From: an uncultured Candidatus Actinomarina sp.
GTDB taxonomy: Bacteria; Actinomycetota; Acidimicrobiia; Actinomarinales; Actinomarinaceae
Direction: 5' to 3'
Assembly: GCA_902634185.1 (NCBI GenBank)
Contig: CACPJC010000004.1
Span: 1 to 64,000 of the forward strand
Length of the DNA stretch: 64,000 nt
Shown: piece by piece, positions 18,477 through 27,867 of the stretch
How positions within the stretch are numbered: position 1 is the first letter of the stretch
How the letters are laid out: each line of letters starts with the position of its first letter
Notes under the pieces: model-generated
Database searches by the model: none
Told to the model about the DNA's origin: nothing
The model's input: the letters and a program-made list of their open reading frames with translations, nothing else
Made by a program: the position numbers and the translations under genes

Positions 18477-18832
18477 AGTTTATAACACTTGGGTACGTAG
18501 GTTTTTTCGTTGTTGCTGGAATAAACCATTTTATTAATCCAATTTTTTACGACAAAATTGTACCTGATTTTATTCCATTCCCACGTTTTGTTCATTTAGC
18601 AACAGGTGTAATCGAAATAATTCTCCCATTGTTCTTTTTTACAAGATTCAGAAAAGAGGCAGCTATTTTGATGATAATTTTCCTTGTTGTTATTTATATT
18701 GGTAATTTAAATGTATGGATAAATGACCTACCTTATGGAAATCGCTATTTTTCAAATTATCAACATTTCTTAAGAATGCTTTTGCAGCTTTTCTATATTG
18801 GAATAGCCTATATTATCTATTTATATGAATGA
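18467..18832 (+). CDS. DoxX family membrane protein
   Basis: AGINHF..P..Y..IVP..IP, TGVIE, R..LQ. Confidence 0.75.
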   Translation: MVIKFITLGYVGFFVVAGINHFINPIFYDKIVPDFIPFPRFVHLATGVIEIILPLFFFTRFRKEAAILMIIFLVVIYIGNLNVWINDLPYGNRYFSNYQHFLRMLLQLFYIGIAYIIYLYE

Positions 18833-20096
18833 ATTTAAATTTCCAGATAAATTTCTCTTTGGTACAGCTGTGGCATCATATCAAGTCGAGGGTGGAATTT
18901 ACAATAATGATTGGACTATTTGGGAAAATAAATCTAACTCTGTTTGTGTAGAACCATGTAATGAAGCATGTAAACATTATGAAATGTTAGATCAAGATAT
19001 TGAGCTTCTTAAAGAACTTGGTATAAAAGCTTTTAGATTCTCAATAGAATGGAGCAGGATCGAGCCTACAGAAGGAAATTATGATACTGACGCAATTAAT
19101 CATTATGTAGAAAAAGCAAAAAAATTAATTGCAAACAACATTACTCCTATAATTACTTTTCATCATTTCACCACTCCTGAATGGCTATACAATAAGGATT
19201 CTTGGCTCAACCCAAATGCTGATAATTATTTTGATAATTATGTTGAGAAATTAATGGAGTATTTACCAAATGAAATTGAATATTTTAATACAATAAATGA
19301 GCCAGGAATATTCGCCTTCTTTGGATATTTTTCAACTAATAAATTCCCTCCAGGTATAGCTAATGAAACAAAATTCATACAAGCATCAGAGAATATTATG
19401 TCTGCTCACAAAAAGGCATTAAAGACAATAAAAAAATATAATCAAAATGCAAAAGTTGGCATGACTCATGCTTTACAAGAATGGGAAGATGATGATAATA
19501 ATAAGTTAAAGGAATATTTGAAATATCATCTTGAGGATAAATTTTTAGATGCTTCAATAGATGACGACTTCATAGGTTTACAAACATATACAATCGTAAG
19601 ATATCCAAAAAATATTTTTTTAAAAATCTTTAATTCTTTACTTTTAAATATTGGATTTATAAGAAAATTTATATTACCTCGTATTATTCAAATTTTTGCA
19701 GGAAGAAATGGTGCAATAACAAGTGAAACACGTACAACAAAAATGGGGTATGAATATAGACCAGAAGCAGTCCTATATAACTTAAGGAGATTACATAATA
19801 TTTTTCCTGATAAAGAAATTTTTATTACTGAAAATGGCATAGCAACAGACAATGACGCTGAGAGAGTCGAGTTTGTAACTACTGTATTACAGGATGTTCA
19901 CCGATTTCAAGCTGAACATAATAATGTAATTGGTTATCTGTATTGGTCATTGTTAGATAATTTTGAATGGGACCTTGGGTATCAAATGAACTTTGGTTTA
20001 GTAGAGGTTGATAAGGAAACATATCAACGAATACCTCATAAATCAGCTTCTTGGTTTGGCAATATTTCATCTTCAAACGTTTTATCTATTAAATAA
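18825..20096 (+). CDS. Glycoside hydrolase family 1 (beta-glycosidase)
   Basis: ASYQVEG, RFSIEWSRIEP, TINEP (acid/base), ITENG (nucleophile), WSLLDNFEW. Confidence 0.92.
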   Translation: MNEFKFPDKFLFGTAVASYQVEGGIYNNDWTIWENKSNSVCVEPCNEACKHYEMLDQDIELLKELGIKAFRFSIEWSRIEPTEGNYDTDAINHYVEKAKKLIANNITPIITFHHFTTPEWLYNKDSWLNPNADNYFDNYVEKLMEYLPNEIEYFNTINEPGIFAFFGYFSTNKFPPGIANETKFIQASENIMSAHKKALKTIKKYNQNAKVGMTHALQEWEDDDNNKLKEYLKYHLEDKFLDASIDDDFIGLQTYTIVRYPKNIFLKIFNSLLLNIGFIRKFILPRIIQIFAGRNGAITSETRTTKMGYEYRPEAVLYNLRRLHNIFPDKEIFITENGIATDNDAERVEFVTTVLQDVHRFQAEHNNVIGYLYWSLLDNFEWDLGYQMNFGLVEVDKETYQRIPHKSASWFGNISSSNVLSIK

Positions 20097-20117
20097 TTTT
20101 CTTTTAAACTGTAAATT

Positions 20118-20831
20118 ATGGTCTATATCATTGCTGGAGCTACAGGAGTTGTAGGTAGTGCTATTTCAAAAGAATTAGCCAAGGAAAACGAAGTTCATCT
20201 AATTGGAAGAGATGAAGAAAAACTTTCTGCCTTAAGTAAAGAAATCGATGTCCAATATTCAGTTATTGACTTAACTAACACAATAGAACAACGTGAATTT
20301 TCTAAAATAATTCCTGACGATAAAGAAATTAAAGGTCTTGTAAATTGCATAGGTTCAATCTTGATAAAACCTTTACATGGAACTAAGACTGAAGAGTTTG
20401 AAGAAGTTTTGAGAGTAAACCTTTTTTCTAGTTATTATCTCTTAAGTTCATTTGCTAGACGTATGAAAAATGGATCTGCAATATTTTTCTCATCTGTTGC
20501 TGGAACTAAAGGACTTTCTAATCACGAAGCTATTGCAGCTGCTAAAGCTGGATTAGAAGGTATGGCAAGATCAGCTGCGGCTTCTTATGCAAAAGATAAT
20601 CTGCGAGTAAACGTTATTGCACCTGGACTTATGGATACGAACATGAGTCAACGATTACTAGCAACAGAACAAGCCAGAGAATTATCAAAATCAATGTATC
20701 CAATACAAAAAATTGGTGATTTTAATGATATACTTCCTGTTGTAAAATGGTTGTTATCAGAAGACTCAAAATGGGTTACTGGTCAGACTATACATGTTGA
20801 TGGGGGTCTATCAACGGTTAAGCCGAGATAG
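20118..20831 (+). CDS. SDR family oxidoreductase
   Basis: GATGVVG, AAAKAG, VNVIAPG, VTGQTIHVDGG. Confidence 0.85.
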   Translation: MVYIIAGATGVVGSAISKELAKENEVHLIGRDEEKLSALSKEIDVQYSVIDLTNTIEQREFSKIIPDDKEIKGLVNCIGSILIKPLHGTKTEEFEEVLRVNLFSSYYLLSSFARRMKNGSAIFFSSVAGTKGLSNHEAIAAAKAGLEGMARSAAASYAKDNLRVNVIAPGLMDTNMSQRLLATEQARELSKSMYPIQKIGDFNDILPVVKWLLSEDSKWVTGQTIHVDGGLSTVKPR

Positions 20832-20837
20832 GAGAAT

Positions 20838-21200
20838 ATGTCAGATATAAAATATTTAGAAACTCATGAGTGGTATCTCATGAAAGATGAAGAAATTACT
20901 GTTGGTATATCCGATTTTGCTCAAAACGAGTTAGGGGATATTGTTTATGTAACATTGCCTGAAGTTGGACAAGAGTTTGAAAAGGGTGCAGCAGTAGTTG
21001 AAGTTGAAGCAACTAAAACTGTTGCAGATGCATATGCACCGATGGATTGCACAATTACAGCTGTAAACTCACAACTTGAAACTGAGCCTGAGACCATCAA
21101 TAATGATCCATGTGGTGATGGGTGGATGTTTAAAGCAAAAGTAAATACTGTTGATGATTCAGGAATGTCTTATCAAGAGTATGAAACTTTTGTATCTTAA
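20838..21200 (+). CDS. gcvH: Glycine cleavage system H protein
   Basis: HEW, GISDFAQNELGDIVY, lipoyl Lys in EATKT, INNDP..DGW. Confidence 0.93.
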   Translation: MSDIKYLETHEWYLMKDEEITVGISDFAQNELGDIVYVTLPEVGQEFEKGAAVVEVEATKTVADAYAPMDCTITAVNSQLETEPETINNDPCGDGWMFKAKVNTVDDSGMSYQEYETFVS

Positions 21201-22219
21201 TGGATAAAAAAACTACTCAACTTCATAAATACCATTTATCTCAAGAAGCTAAATTTATTGATTTTGGTGATTGGTCAATGCCTTTTTCCTATGAAGGTAC
21301 TTTAAAAGAGCATGATATTGTTAGAACATCATCAGGTTTTTTTGATGTATCTCATATGGGTCGTTTAGAGATCCAGTATTCAGAAATTGAAAAAATATCA
21401 AAATTAATTTGTTCTGAAATCATTGATATTCCGACTAACAAAGCGCTTTATTCTATTTTTACAAACGCTGATGGTAATGCTCTTGATGATGTTATATTTT
21501 GGAAATTTGATGATAAGATCATACTGATTCCAAATGCATCCAATTTAGAAAAAATTAAATCTCACTTAGATGCGCATAATGTAGAATTTATTGATAAATC
21601 ACCAGACACTGTTCTTATTGCTATACAAGGACCAGATACAATCGACTTAATTCAAGATAGATTTGAGATTCCAGAAAAGTTTTCAACAAATTATACAGAA
21701 AGCTTTCTTTACGCTCGAACAGGTTATACGGGAGAAGATGGTGTTGAAATTATGGCAAATAATGAGGACGCAGAGTCATTATTAACTTTCTTAATAGATA
21801 AAGGTGTAAAACCTTGTGGACTAGGTTCCAGAGATACACTAAGGCTAGAGGCATCACTTCCATTATATGGTTTTGAATTGACAGAAGATATAACACCTGT
21901 TGAAGCATCTCTAAATTGGACAATTACTAATAAAAATGAGTATTTAGGTTCAAATAGAATAAATGATCAATTGTCGGGTGAAAGCCATAAAGTTTTAAAG
22001 AAATTTATTATTAACTCTAGAAAGATAGCAAGAACAGAAACTGTTGGTATTGCTGGTGAAACTAAGGGTTTAGTTACTTCTGGTAACTTCTCCCCGGTAT
22101 TAAATAAAAGTATTGGCTTTATATTATTTGAAAATATGCCCTCTCACGATTTAATAGAGTTTGATATTCGTGGTAATTTAATAAAAGGCAATATATTAAA
22201 TAAGAGGTTTTTAAGTTAA
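21200..22219 (+). CDS. gcvT: Glycine cleavage system aminomethyltransferase
   Basis: FDVSHMG, IQGP, RTGYTGEDGVE, GLGSRDTLRLEA. Confidence 0.93.
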   Translation: MDKKTTQLHKYHLSQEAKFIDFGDWSMPFSYEGTLKEHDIVRTSSGFFDVSHMGRLEIQYSEIEKISKLICSEIIDIPTNKALYSIFTNADGNALDDVIFWKFDDKIILIPNASNLEKIKSHLDAHNVEFIDKSPDTVLIAIQGPDTIDLIQDRFEIPEKFSTNYTESFLYARTGYTGEDGVEIMANNEDAESLLTFLIDKGVKPCGLGSRDTLRLEASLPLYGFELTEDITPVEASLNWTITNKNEYLGSNRINDQLSGESHKVLKKFIINSRKIARTETVGIAGETKGLVTSGNFSPVLNKSIGFILFENMPSHDLIEFDIRGNLIKGNILNKRFLS

Positions 22220-23526
22220 TGTTTGTACCACATTCTGAATTAGATTTAAAAAAGATGTTCGATGAGTTAAAAATTAATTCTTTAGATGATCTATTTACTC
22301 ATATTCCTGACGCATTACTGCTAGAAAATGGTCTTGATTTGCCTGAATCTTTATCAGAACTTGAATCTATTGATTATTTTGATGATATTGCAGCTCGTAA
22401 TAAATCAGAATTAGTTTGTTTTGCTGGTGGAGGTCATTACGACGTATATCTTCCACAAACAGTCAAATCTCTAACTATGAGACCTGAATTTATGACATCA
22501 TATACTCCATATCAAGCAGAAATATCTCAAGGGATTCTTCAAGTTTTATTTGAATTTCAATCTTTAGTCTGTGATTTAACAGATATGGAGTTAGCTAATG
22601 CTTCTTTGTATGATGGTGCTACTTCAATAGCTGAAGCGATCTCAGTTGCAATTAACAAAACAAAACGTGATGAAGTTGTTATATCATCGGGTTTAAATCC
22701 AAACAGTAAAGAAGTTATCAATACATTAATTGATAGAAATAAATTCAATTTAGATTATGTAGATCTGGATAACTTTTTATTTCCAAATAATTTTGAATTT
22801 GAGGACTCCCAGGCTGCTTTTGTAGTTTCTTACCCACATTACGAAGGTTCATGTCAGGATTTAACTGAACTTGTTGAACGTGCAAAAGAAAAAGGTCTTG
22901 TAACTATTTGTTATGTTGATCCTTCAATGTTGGGAGTACTTACTACACCTGGACAAATGGGTTTTGACATTATTGTAGCTGAGGGACAGTCATTAGGATC
23001 TCCGCTATCTTTTGGTGGTCCAACAGTTGGTTGGTTTGCTACAAAGAAAGAATTTGCCCGATTAGTTCCAGGAAGATTAATAGGTGAGTCTAGAGATAAA
23101 GATGGAAATAAATCCTATGTTATGACTTTAAGAGCTAGGGAACAAGACATCAGAAGAGAAAAAGCTTCATCTAACATATGTACTAATCAAACTCTTAATG
23201 CAATTGGTTCAGCAATTCATCTTTCGTGGCTTGGGCCTGAGGGTATTTATGAAATGGGATACCATGCTATTCAAAAAGCTAATTATATGAGAAAACAACT
23301 CATAAAAAATGGTTATGTAATACCTAATGATGATTCAAGCTTGAGAGAGTTCTTACTTGAAGTAAAGTCTGACGCAGCAGAATTAATTCAAAAAATGGGT
23401 GATAAAGGTTTTCTCGCAGGAATTTTATATGATGAAAAGCACATACTTGTTGCTGTTACAGAAAAACGCAAAAAAATCGAGATCGATAATTATATAGAAT
23501 CACTGATGGAGGTTGATAATGGTTAG
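22219..23526 (+). CDS. gcvPA: Glycine dehydrogenase subunit 1
   Basis: YTPYQAEISQG, ANASLYDGA, REQDIRREKASSNICTNQ. Confidence 0.93.
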   Translation: MFVPHSELDLKKMFDELKINSLDDLFTHIPDALLLENGLDLPESLSELESIDYFDDIAARNKSELVCFAGGGHYDVYLPQTVKSLTMRPEFMTSYTPYQAEISQGILQVLFEFQSLVCDLTDMELANASLYDGATSIAEAISVAINKTKRDEVVISSGLNPNSKEVINTLIDRNKFNLDYVDLDNFLFPNNFEFEDSQAAFVVSYPHYEGSCQDLTELVERAKEKGLVTICYVDPSMLGVLTTPGQMGFDIIVAEGQSLGSPLSFGGPTVGWFATKKEFARLVPGRLIGESRDKDGNKSYVMTLRAREQDIRREKASSNICTNQTLNAIGSAIHLSWLGPEGIYEMGYHAIQKANYMRKQLIKNGYVIPNDDSSLREFLLEVKSDAAELIQKMGDKGFLAGILYDEKHILVAVTEKRKKIEIDNYIESLMEVDNG

Positions 23527-25024
23527 TGGAGGAAACGCTAGTTCATTACCGTTAGTTGGTGGTAAACCTGAACCTACAATAAAAGAACTATCAAGTCCTG
23601 GACGCCGTGCATCAAAATTTCCAAAGTTAGATGTACCTGAAGTAAAAATCAACCATGAGTCTCTTAAAAAAGAGAAAGCAAGACTTCCTGAAGTATCTGA
23701 GCATGATTTGGTTATGCATTATTCAAGGCTAGCTCATAGAAACTTCGCTGTAGATCTAGGTTTTTATCCACTTGGATCTTGCACAATGAAATATAATCCA
23801 AGGTTTGCAGATTCTATTTCCTCTGATTCGAGATTTGCAAATATCCATCCGTCAATGCCTGAGGAATTTACCCAGGGCTGTTTAAAGGTTTATTACGAAA
23901 TTGGAAACTATCTGTGTGAAATTACTGGTATGGATGATGCTAGTTTTCAACCACCTGCTGGTGCCTCTGGTGAACTAACAGGATTATTAATAATCAAAAA
24001 ATATTTAGAAGTAAACAATATGAATCACAAGACAGAAATTATTGTTCCGGATTCTGCACATGGAACCAATCCAGCTTCAGCAAGAATGGCTGGATTTACA
24101 GTTGTTGAAGTTGAGACAGATTCTCGCGGAATGGTAAATATTGAAAAATTAAAAGAAATTGTTAATGACAATACTGCTGGCTTAATGTTAACGAATCCAA
24201 ATACTGGAGGGTTATTTGAAGAGGAAATCTTAACAATTTCTCAAATAATTCATAATGCTGGAGGACTTTTATATTATGATGGTGCGAACCTTAATGCAAT
24301 AGTTGGAGCTTCAAGACCTGGTGACATGGGCTTTGATATAGTTCATTCAAATTTACATAAAACATTTGCTACACCTCACGGAGGTGGCGGACCTGGTTCT
24401 GGTCCTGTAGCTGTAAAAAGTTTTTTAAGGGAGTATTTACCAGGACCAATAGCTGAGAATAAAGATCGTAAATATAACTGGTATCAACCTGAAAATAGTA
24501 TCGGTAGAATGCACGGTTACCATGGAAACTTTTTGGTTACATTAAGAGCATTAGTTTATATGAAATTACTGGGTAAAGAAGGACTAGATAAACTTGGTGC
24601 TTATGCTGTTTTAAATGCTCGATACTTAAGTAGCAAAGTATCACAAATTATTCCACTTGCATATGATGAACCGTGTATGCATGAGTTTGTAGCATCTGTC
24701 AAAGATTTAAAGAAATCACATAAGATCAAGGCTTACGATGTTGGAAAAGCCTTACTTGATAAAGGATTTCATTCTCCAACAATTTATTTTCCTTTAATTG
24801 TTGAAGAAGCTTTGATGTTTGAACCAACAGAAACACAATCAAAAGAAACATTAGATGATTTAGCTGAAAATTTAAAACTTATAGTTGATGATCTACAAAA
24901 AGACGACACTGTTCTTGAGGATTACCCCAAAAATCTTCCAGTTGGAAGACCAAATGAGCTTATTCCTGCAAAGTATCTAACAGTTAATTGGGGAGATTTT
25001 GAACTTCTTGAAATAACTGAATAA
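23519..25024 (+). CDS. gcvPB: Glycine dehydrogenase subunit 2
   Basis: YPLGSCTMKYNP, SAHGTNPASA, NLHKTFATPHGGGGPG; GGAGG RBS. Confidence 0.93.
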   Translation: MVSGGNASSLPLVGGKPEPTIKELSSPGRRASKFPKLDVPEVKINHESLKKEKARLPEVSEHDLVMHYSRLAHRNFAVDLGFYPLGSCTMKYNPRFADSISSDSRFANIHPSMPEEFTQGCLKVYYEIGNYLCEITGMDDASFQPPAGASGELTGLLIIKKYLEVNNMNHKTEIIVPDSAHGTNPASARMAGFTVVEVETDSRGMVNIEKLKEIVNDNTAGLMLTNPNTGGLFEEEILTISQIIHNAGGLLYYDGANLNAIVGASRPGDMGFDIVHSNLHKTFATPHGGGGPGSGPVAVKSFLREYLPGPIAENKDRKYNWYQPENSIGRMHGYHGNFLVTLRALVYMKLLGKEGLDKLGAYAVLNARYLSSKVSQIIPLAYDEPCMHEFVASVKDLKKSHKIKAYDVGKALLDKGFHSPTIYFPLIVEEALMFEPTETQSKETLDDLAENLKLIVDDLQKDDTVLEDYPKNLPVGRPNELIPAKYLTVNWGDFELLEITE

Positions 25025-25033
25025 TATGTAAGT

Positions 25034-26680
25034 ATGTCCCTTACAAAGTTAGATATTGATCGATTTATTACTACATTAAGGACAAAGTCAAAAGAATATA
25101 ACTCAATTAACAATGTTCAATTGGCCTCTATGTTGGAAGAAACTATATCGAATATTAAAGAAGTTTCATTTTTCTGGGCAACTATATGCTCTGACAACAA
25201 AGGAACAACAAAAACTCCAGCAGAAGGTGAAGAGTGGTTAGGTGGTCCTTTCGCATCAGTATTAGCAACTCAGTATTACATAAAAAGTCTCACCAATGAT
25301 GATGACTTGACTGAAAAAAAATACAACAGTGAAGAAAATAGTTATAAAGTTTTCCCAAATAATTTTACGGAGCGAATTACCTTCCCTTTTATTGATGCGA
25401 AAGTTATTTTTAATAAATCCATGTCTTTTGATGATATTAATAAATACAGAGGATTTTCAAAAAGATATGAGATCGACCCTTCCATAACTTTAGTTTTGGG
25501 TGCTGGAAATTTTTCTTCTATTCCTTATCTAGATGTCTTATATCATTTGATAACTAGAAAATCTGTAATTTTGCTTAAGCTAAACCCAGTAAATGAATAT
25601 CTAAAACCTGTATTTGAAAAAGTATTTCAAAACTTTATTGAGCGTGGATACATTATTGTTACTACAGGTAATATTGATGAATCAAAATATATGGCTAACC
25701 ATCCAGGTATAAATCACATACATTTAACTGGTTCAGATAAAACATTTGAAGATATTGTATATGGTAGAGAACTTACAGAAAAGGAAAGAACAACTAAATC
25801 TCTATCAAAAATAAACAACAAATCTATAACATCAGAACTTGGTAATGTAACTCCAATCATTATTCACCCAGGTAAGTGGTCAACTTCAGATATTAAGTAC
25901 CAAGCAAGAAAAATTGTTACAGCTAAATTAAATAACAATGGTTTCAATTGTGTAGCTGCACAGGTAGTTGTTTTACCTGATGGATGGGGACAAACTGATA
26001 CTTTAATCAAATTTGTAAAACATTACATGAGCAAGGCAAAAGAACGCAAAGCTTATTATCCAGAAAGTATTGAACGTTTAGAAAAACTTGAAAAACAAAA
26101 AGGATATGAAAGGGTTAACGCATTGAGTTGTGTTACTCCTCATTTAACACGTGAAATTAAAGCCTATAGTAAATTCGAAATAGATGAAGTTTGGTCTTCC
26201 ACCATATATTTTAAAAAAATTGAGTACACAAGTATTGAAGATTTTGCGAATAAAGCTATTGATTATTGCAATAATGAGCTTTGGGGAAATCTCGGTGTAT
26301 CAGTAATTATAAAAGATCACGATAGAAAATTTAACAAGCATATTACTAATTTGTATACTGAAAAATTGAATTATGGTACAGTCGCAGTCAATGAATGGGC
26401 AGCAATTGGTTATATAATACCTCAACTACCTTGGGGAGGGTTTCCTGGTAATAGAGATAATGATATACAAAGTGGTCAATCAGTAGTTCATAATTCAATG
26501 CTTTTTGAATCACCATTAAAAGGTGTTGTTAATACTAAATTTAGAATATCTAGACTCATTGACCCGCCTTGGTTTGTTACTAACAAAAAGGCAAGAAGAT
26601 TATTTAAGAATCTAACATACTATCAAATCAATAATTCAAATATAAATTTCTTAAAATTAATTTTTGCTGCACTAGTATAA
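25034..26680 (+). CDS. Aldehyde dehydrogenase family protein
   Basis: VLGAGN, KLNPVN, HLTGS, SELGNVTP, catalytic Cys in GFNCVA, PWGGFPG. Confidence 0.8.
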   Translation: MSLTKLDIDRFITTLRTKSKEYNSINNVQLASMLEETISNIKEVSFFWATICSDNKGTTKTPAEGEEWLGGPFASVLATQYYIKSLTNDDDLTEKKYNSEENSYKVFPNNFTERITFPFIDAKVIFNKSMSFDDINKYRGFSKRYEIDPSITLVLGAGNFSSIPYLDVLYHLITRKSVILLKLNPVNEYLKPVFEKVFQNFIERGYIIVTTGNIDESKYMANHPGINHIHLTGSDKTFEDIVYGRELTEKERTTKSLSKINNKSITSELGNVTPIIIHPGKWSTSDIKYQARKIVTAKLNNNGFNCVAAQVVVLPDGWGQTDTLIKFVKHYMSKAKERKAYYPESIERLEKLEKQKGYERVNALSCVTPHLTREIKAYSKFEIDEVWSSTIYFKKIEYTSIEDFANKAIDYCNNELWGNLGVSVIIKDHDRKFNKHITNLYTEKLNYGTVAVNEWAAIGYIIPQLPWGGFPGNRDNDIQSGQSVVHNSMLFESPLKGVVNTKFRISRLIDPPWFVTNKKARRLFKNLTYYQINNSNINFLKLIFAALV

Positions 26681-26684
26681 AGTT

Positions 26685-27809
26685 ATGAAAAAGTTCGGTT
26701 TTATTCTATTAACTTTTTTACTTGTATTGTGCAATTCTTCAAATGAATCAACAGATATAGTCGATACATCTACAACAACTATTAACGAAGAGAGCTCAAT
26801 TGAAGAAGGTGATGTTACAACAACTTCACCAACAGAAAACTCTTCAGATACATCTATTGTTGAAAATTATGAATACGATAAAGACAAAATGTCACCATTT
26901 ACAGGACTAGAACTAAGTCCTGAATTATGGTTAAAAAGACCACGAAGAGTTATTGCTTTTAAAGTTGATAATAATCTTAATGCAAGGCCTCAATCTGGTC
27001 TTCAAGAAGCAGACACTGTTATGGAGATTTTAGTCGAGGGTGGAATGACAAGGTTTTTAGCATTCTATATGGATAAAACTAGTTCATACGTAGGTCCTAT
27101 TAGATCGGCTAGACCAACTGATCCTAACTTAGTTAGACCTTATGGTGGCATCCTTGTTGTTTCTGGAGCTACTGCTGGTTTGATTCCTGCAATCAGAGAA
27201 TTAGGTGTTCCAGTTCTAGAAGAAGTATCTGCTCCAACAATGTTTAGAATTGCAAATAGAAAAGCCCCACATAATTTATATGCAGATACTGAATTAGTTA
27301 GAGAGTACATTGATCAAAAAGGTTTTCTCTTTAATCAAGATGTAAATCCGTTGTACGATTTTGGTAATGACCAGTCAAATTGGAAATCAGGTGCTGGAAG
27401 AGTAACTGTTAAATACAGTGACTTCACAACAGTAATTTGGAAGCTTGACAATGATCAATATAGTAGATTTATCGTTGATGGATATTCACCTGAAGACGAT
27501 GCTGTTGCTCATAACTTTATAACACGAGATGGTTACACAGACATACTTCAAATACCTACAGTAGTAGTCATACAAGGTCCACTTTATAATGACGAAGTTA
27601 CAACTTTACCAAGCGTTCTAACAGTTGGTGTTGGTCCAGTAACAATATTTAGTGGTGGAAAATACATTGAAGGAACATGGAGACGTAATGATATAACTGA
27701 CCCATTTGAATTTATTGATGCTAATCAAGAACCCATAGAAGTACCACCTAGCAAGCAATGGATACACATATTGCCATTGAATGGTGAAATAATCATCACA
27801 GAAAATTAA
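26685..27809 (+). CDS. DUF3048 (YerB-like) secreted/lipo-protein
   Basis: KVDN..NARPQSGL, VEGGMTRF, GPIRSAR, APHNLY. Confidence 0.85.
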   Translation: MKKFGFILLTFLLVLCNSSNESTDIVDTSTTTINEESSIEEGDVTTTSPTENSSDTSIVENYEYDKDKMSPFTGLELSPELWLKRPRRVIAFKVDNNLNARPQSGLQEADTVMEILVEGGMTRFLAFYMDKTSSYVGPIRSARPTDPNLVRPYGGILVVSGATAGLIPAIRELGVPVLEEVSAPTMFRIANRKAPHNLYADTELVREYIDQKGFLFNQDVNPLYDFGNDQSNWKSGAGRVTVKYSDFTTVIWKLDNDQYSRFIVDGYSPEDDAVAHNFITRDGYTDILQIPTVVVIQGPLYNDEVTTLPSVLTVGVGPVTIFSGGKYIEGTWRRNDITDPFEFIDANQEPIEVPPSKQWIHILPLNGEIIITEN

Positions 27810-27867
27810 TATTTTTTAACTAAAATAACTTTTTACACAATTCACTAATATATTTATAGGGTTGTGT

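Noticed and set aside
20097-20837. Possible glycine riboswitch ahead of the gcv genes
   Set aside because: Intergenic gaps are only 21 and 6 nt and no aptamer motifs are seen
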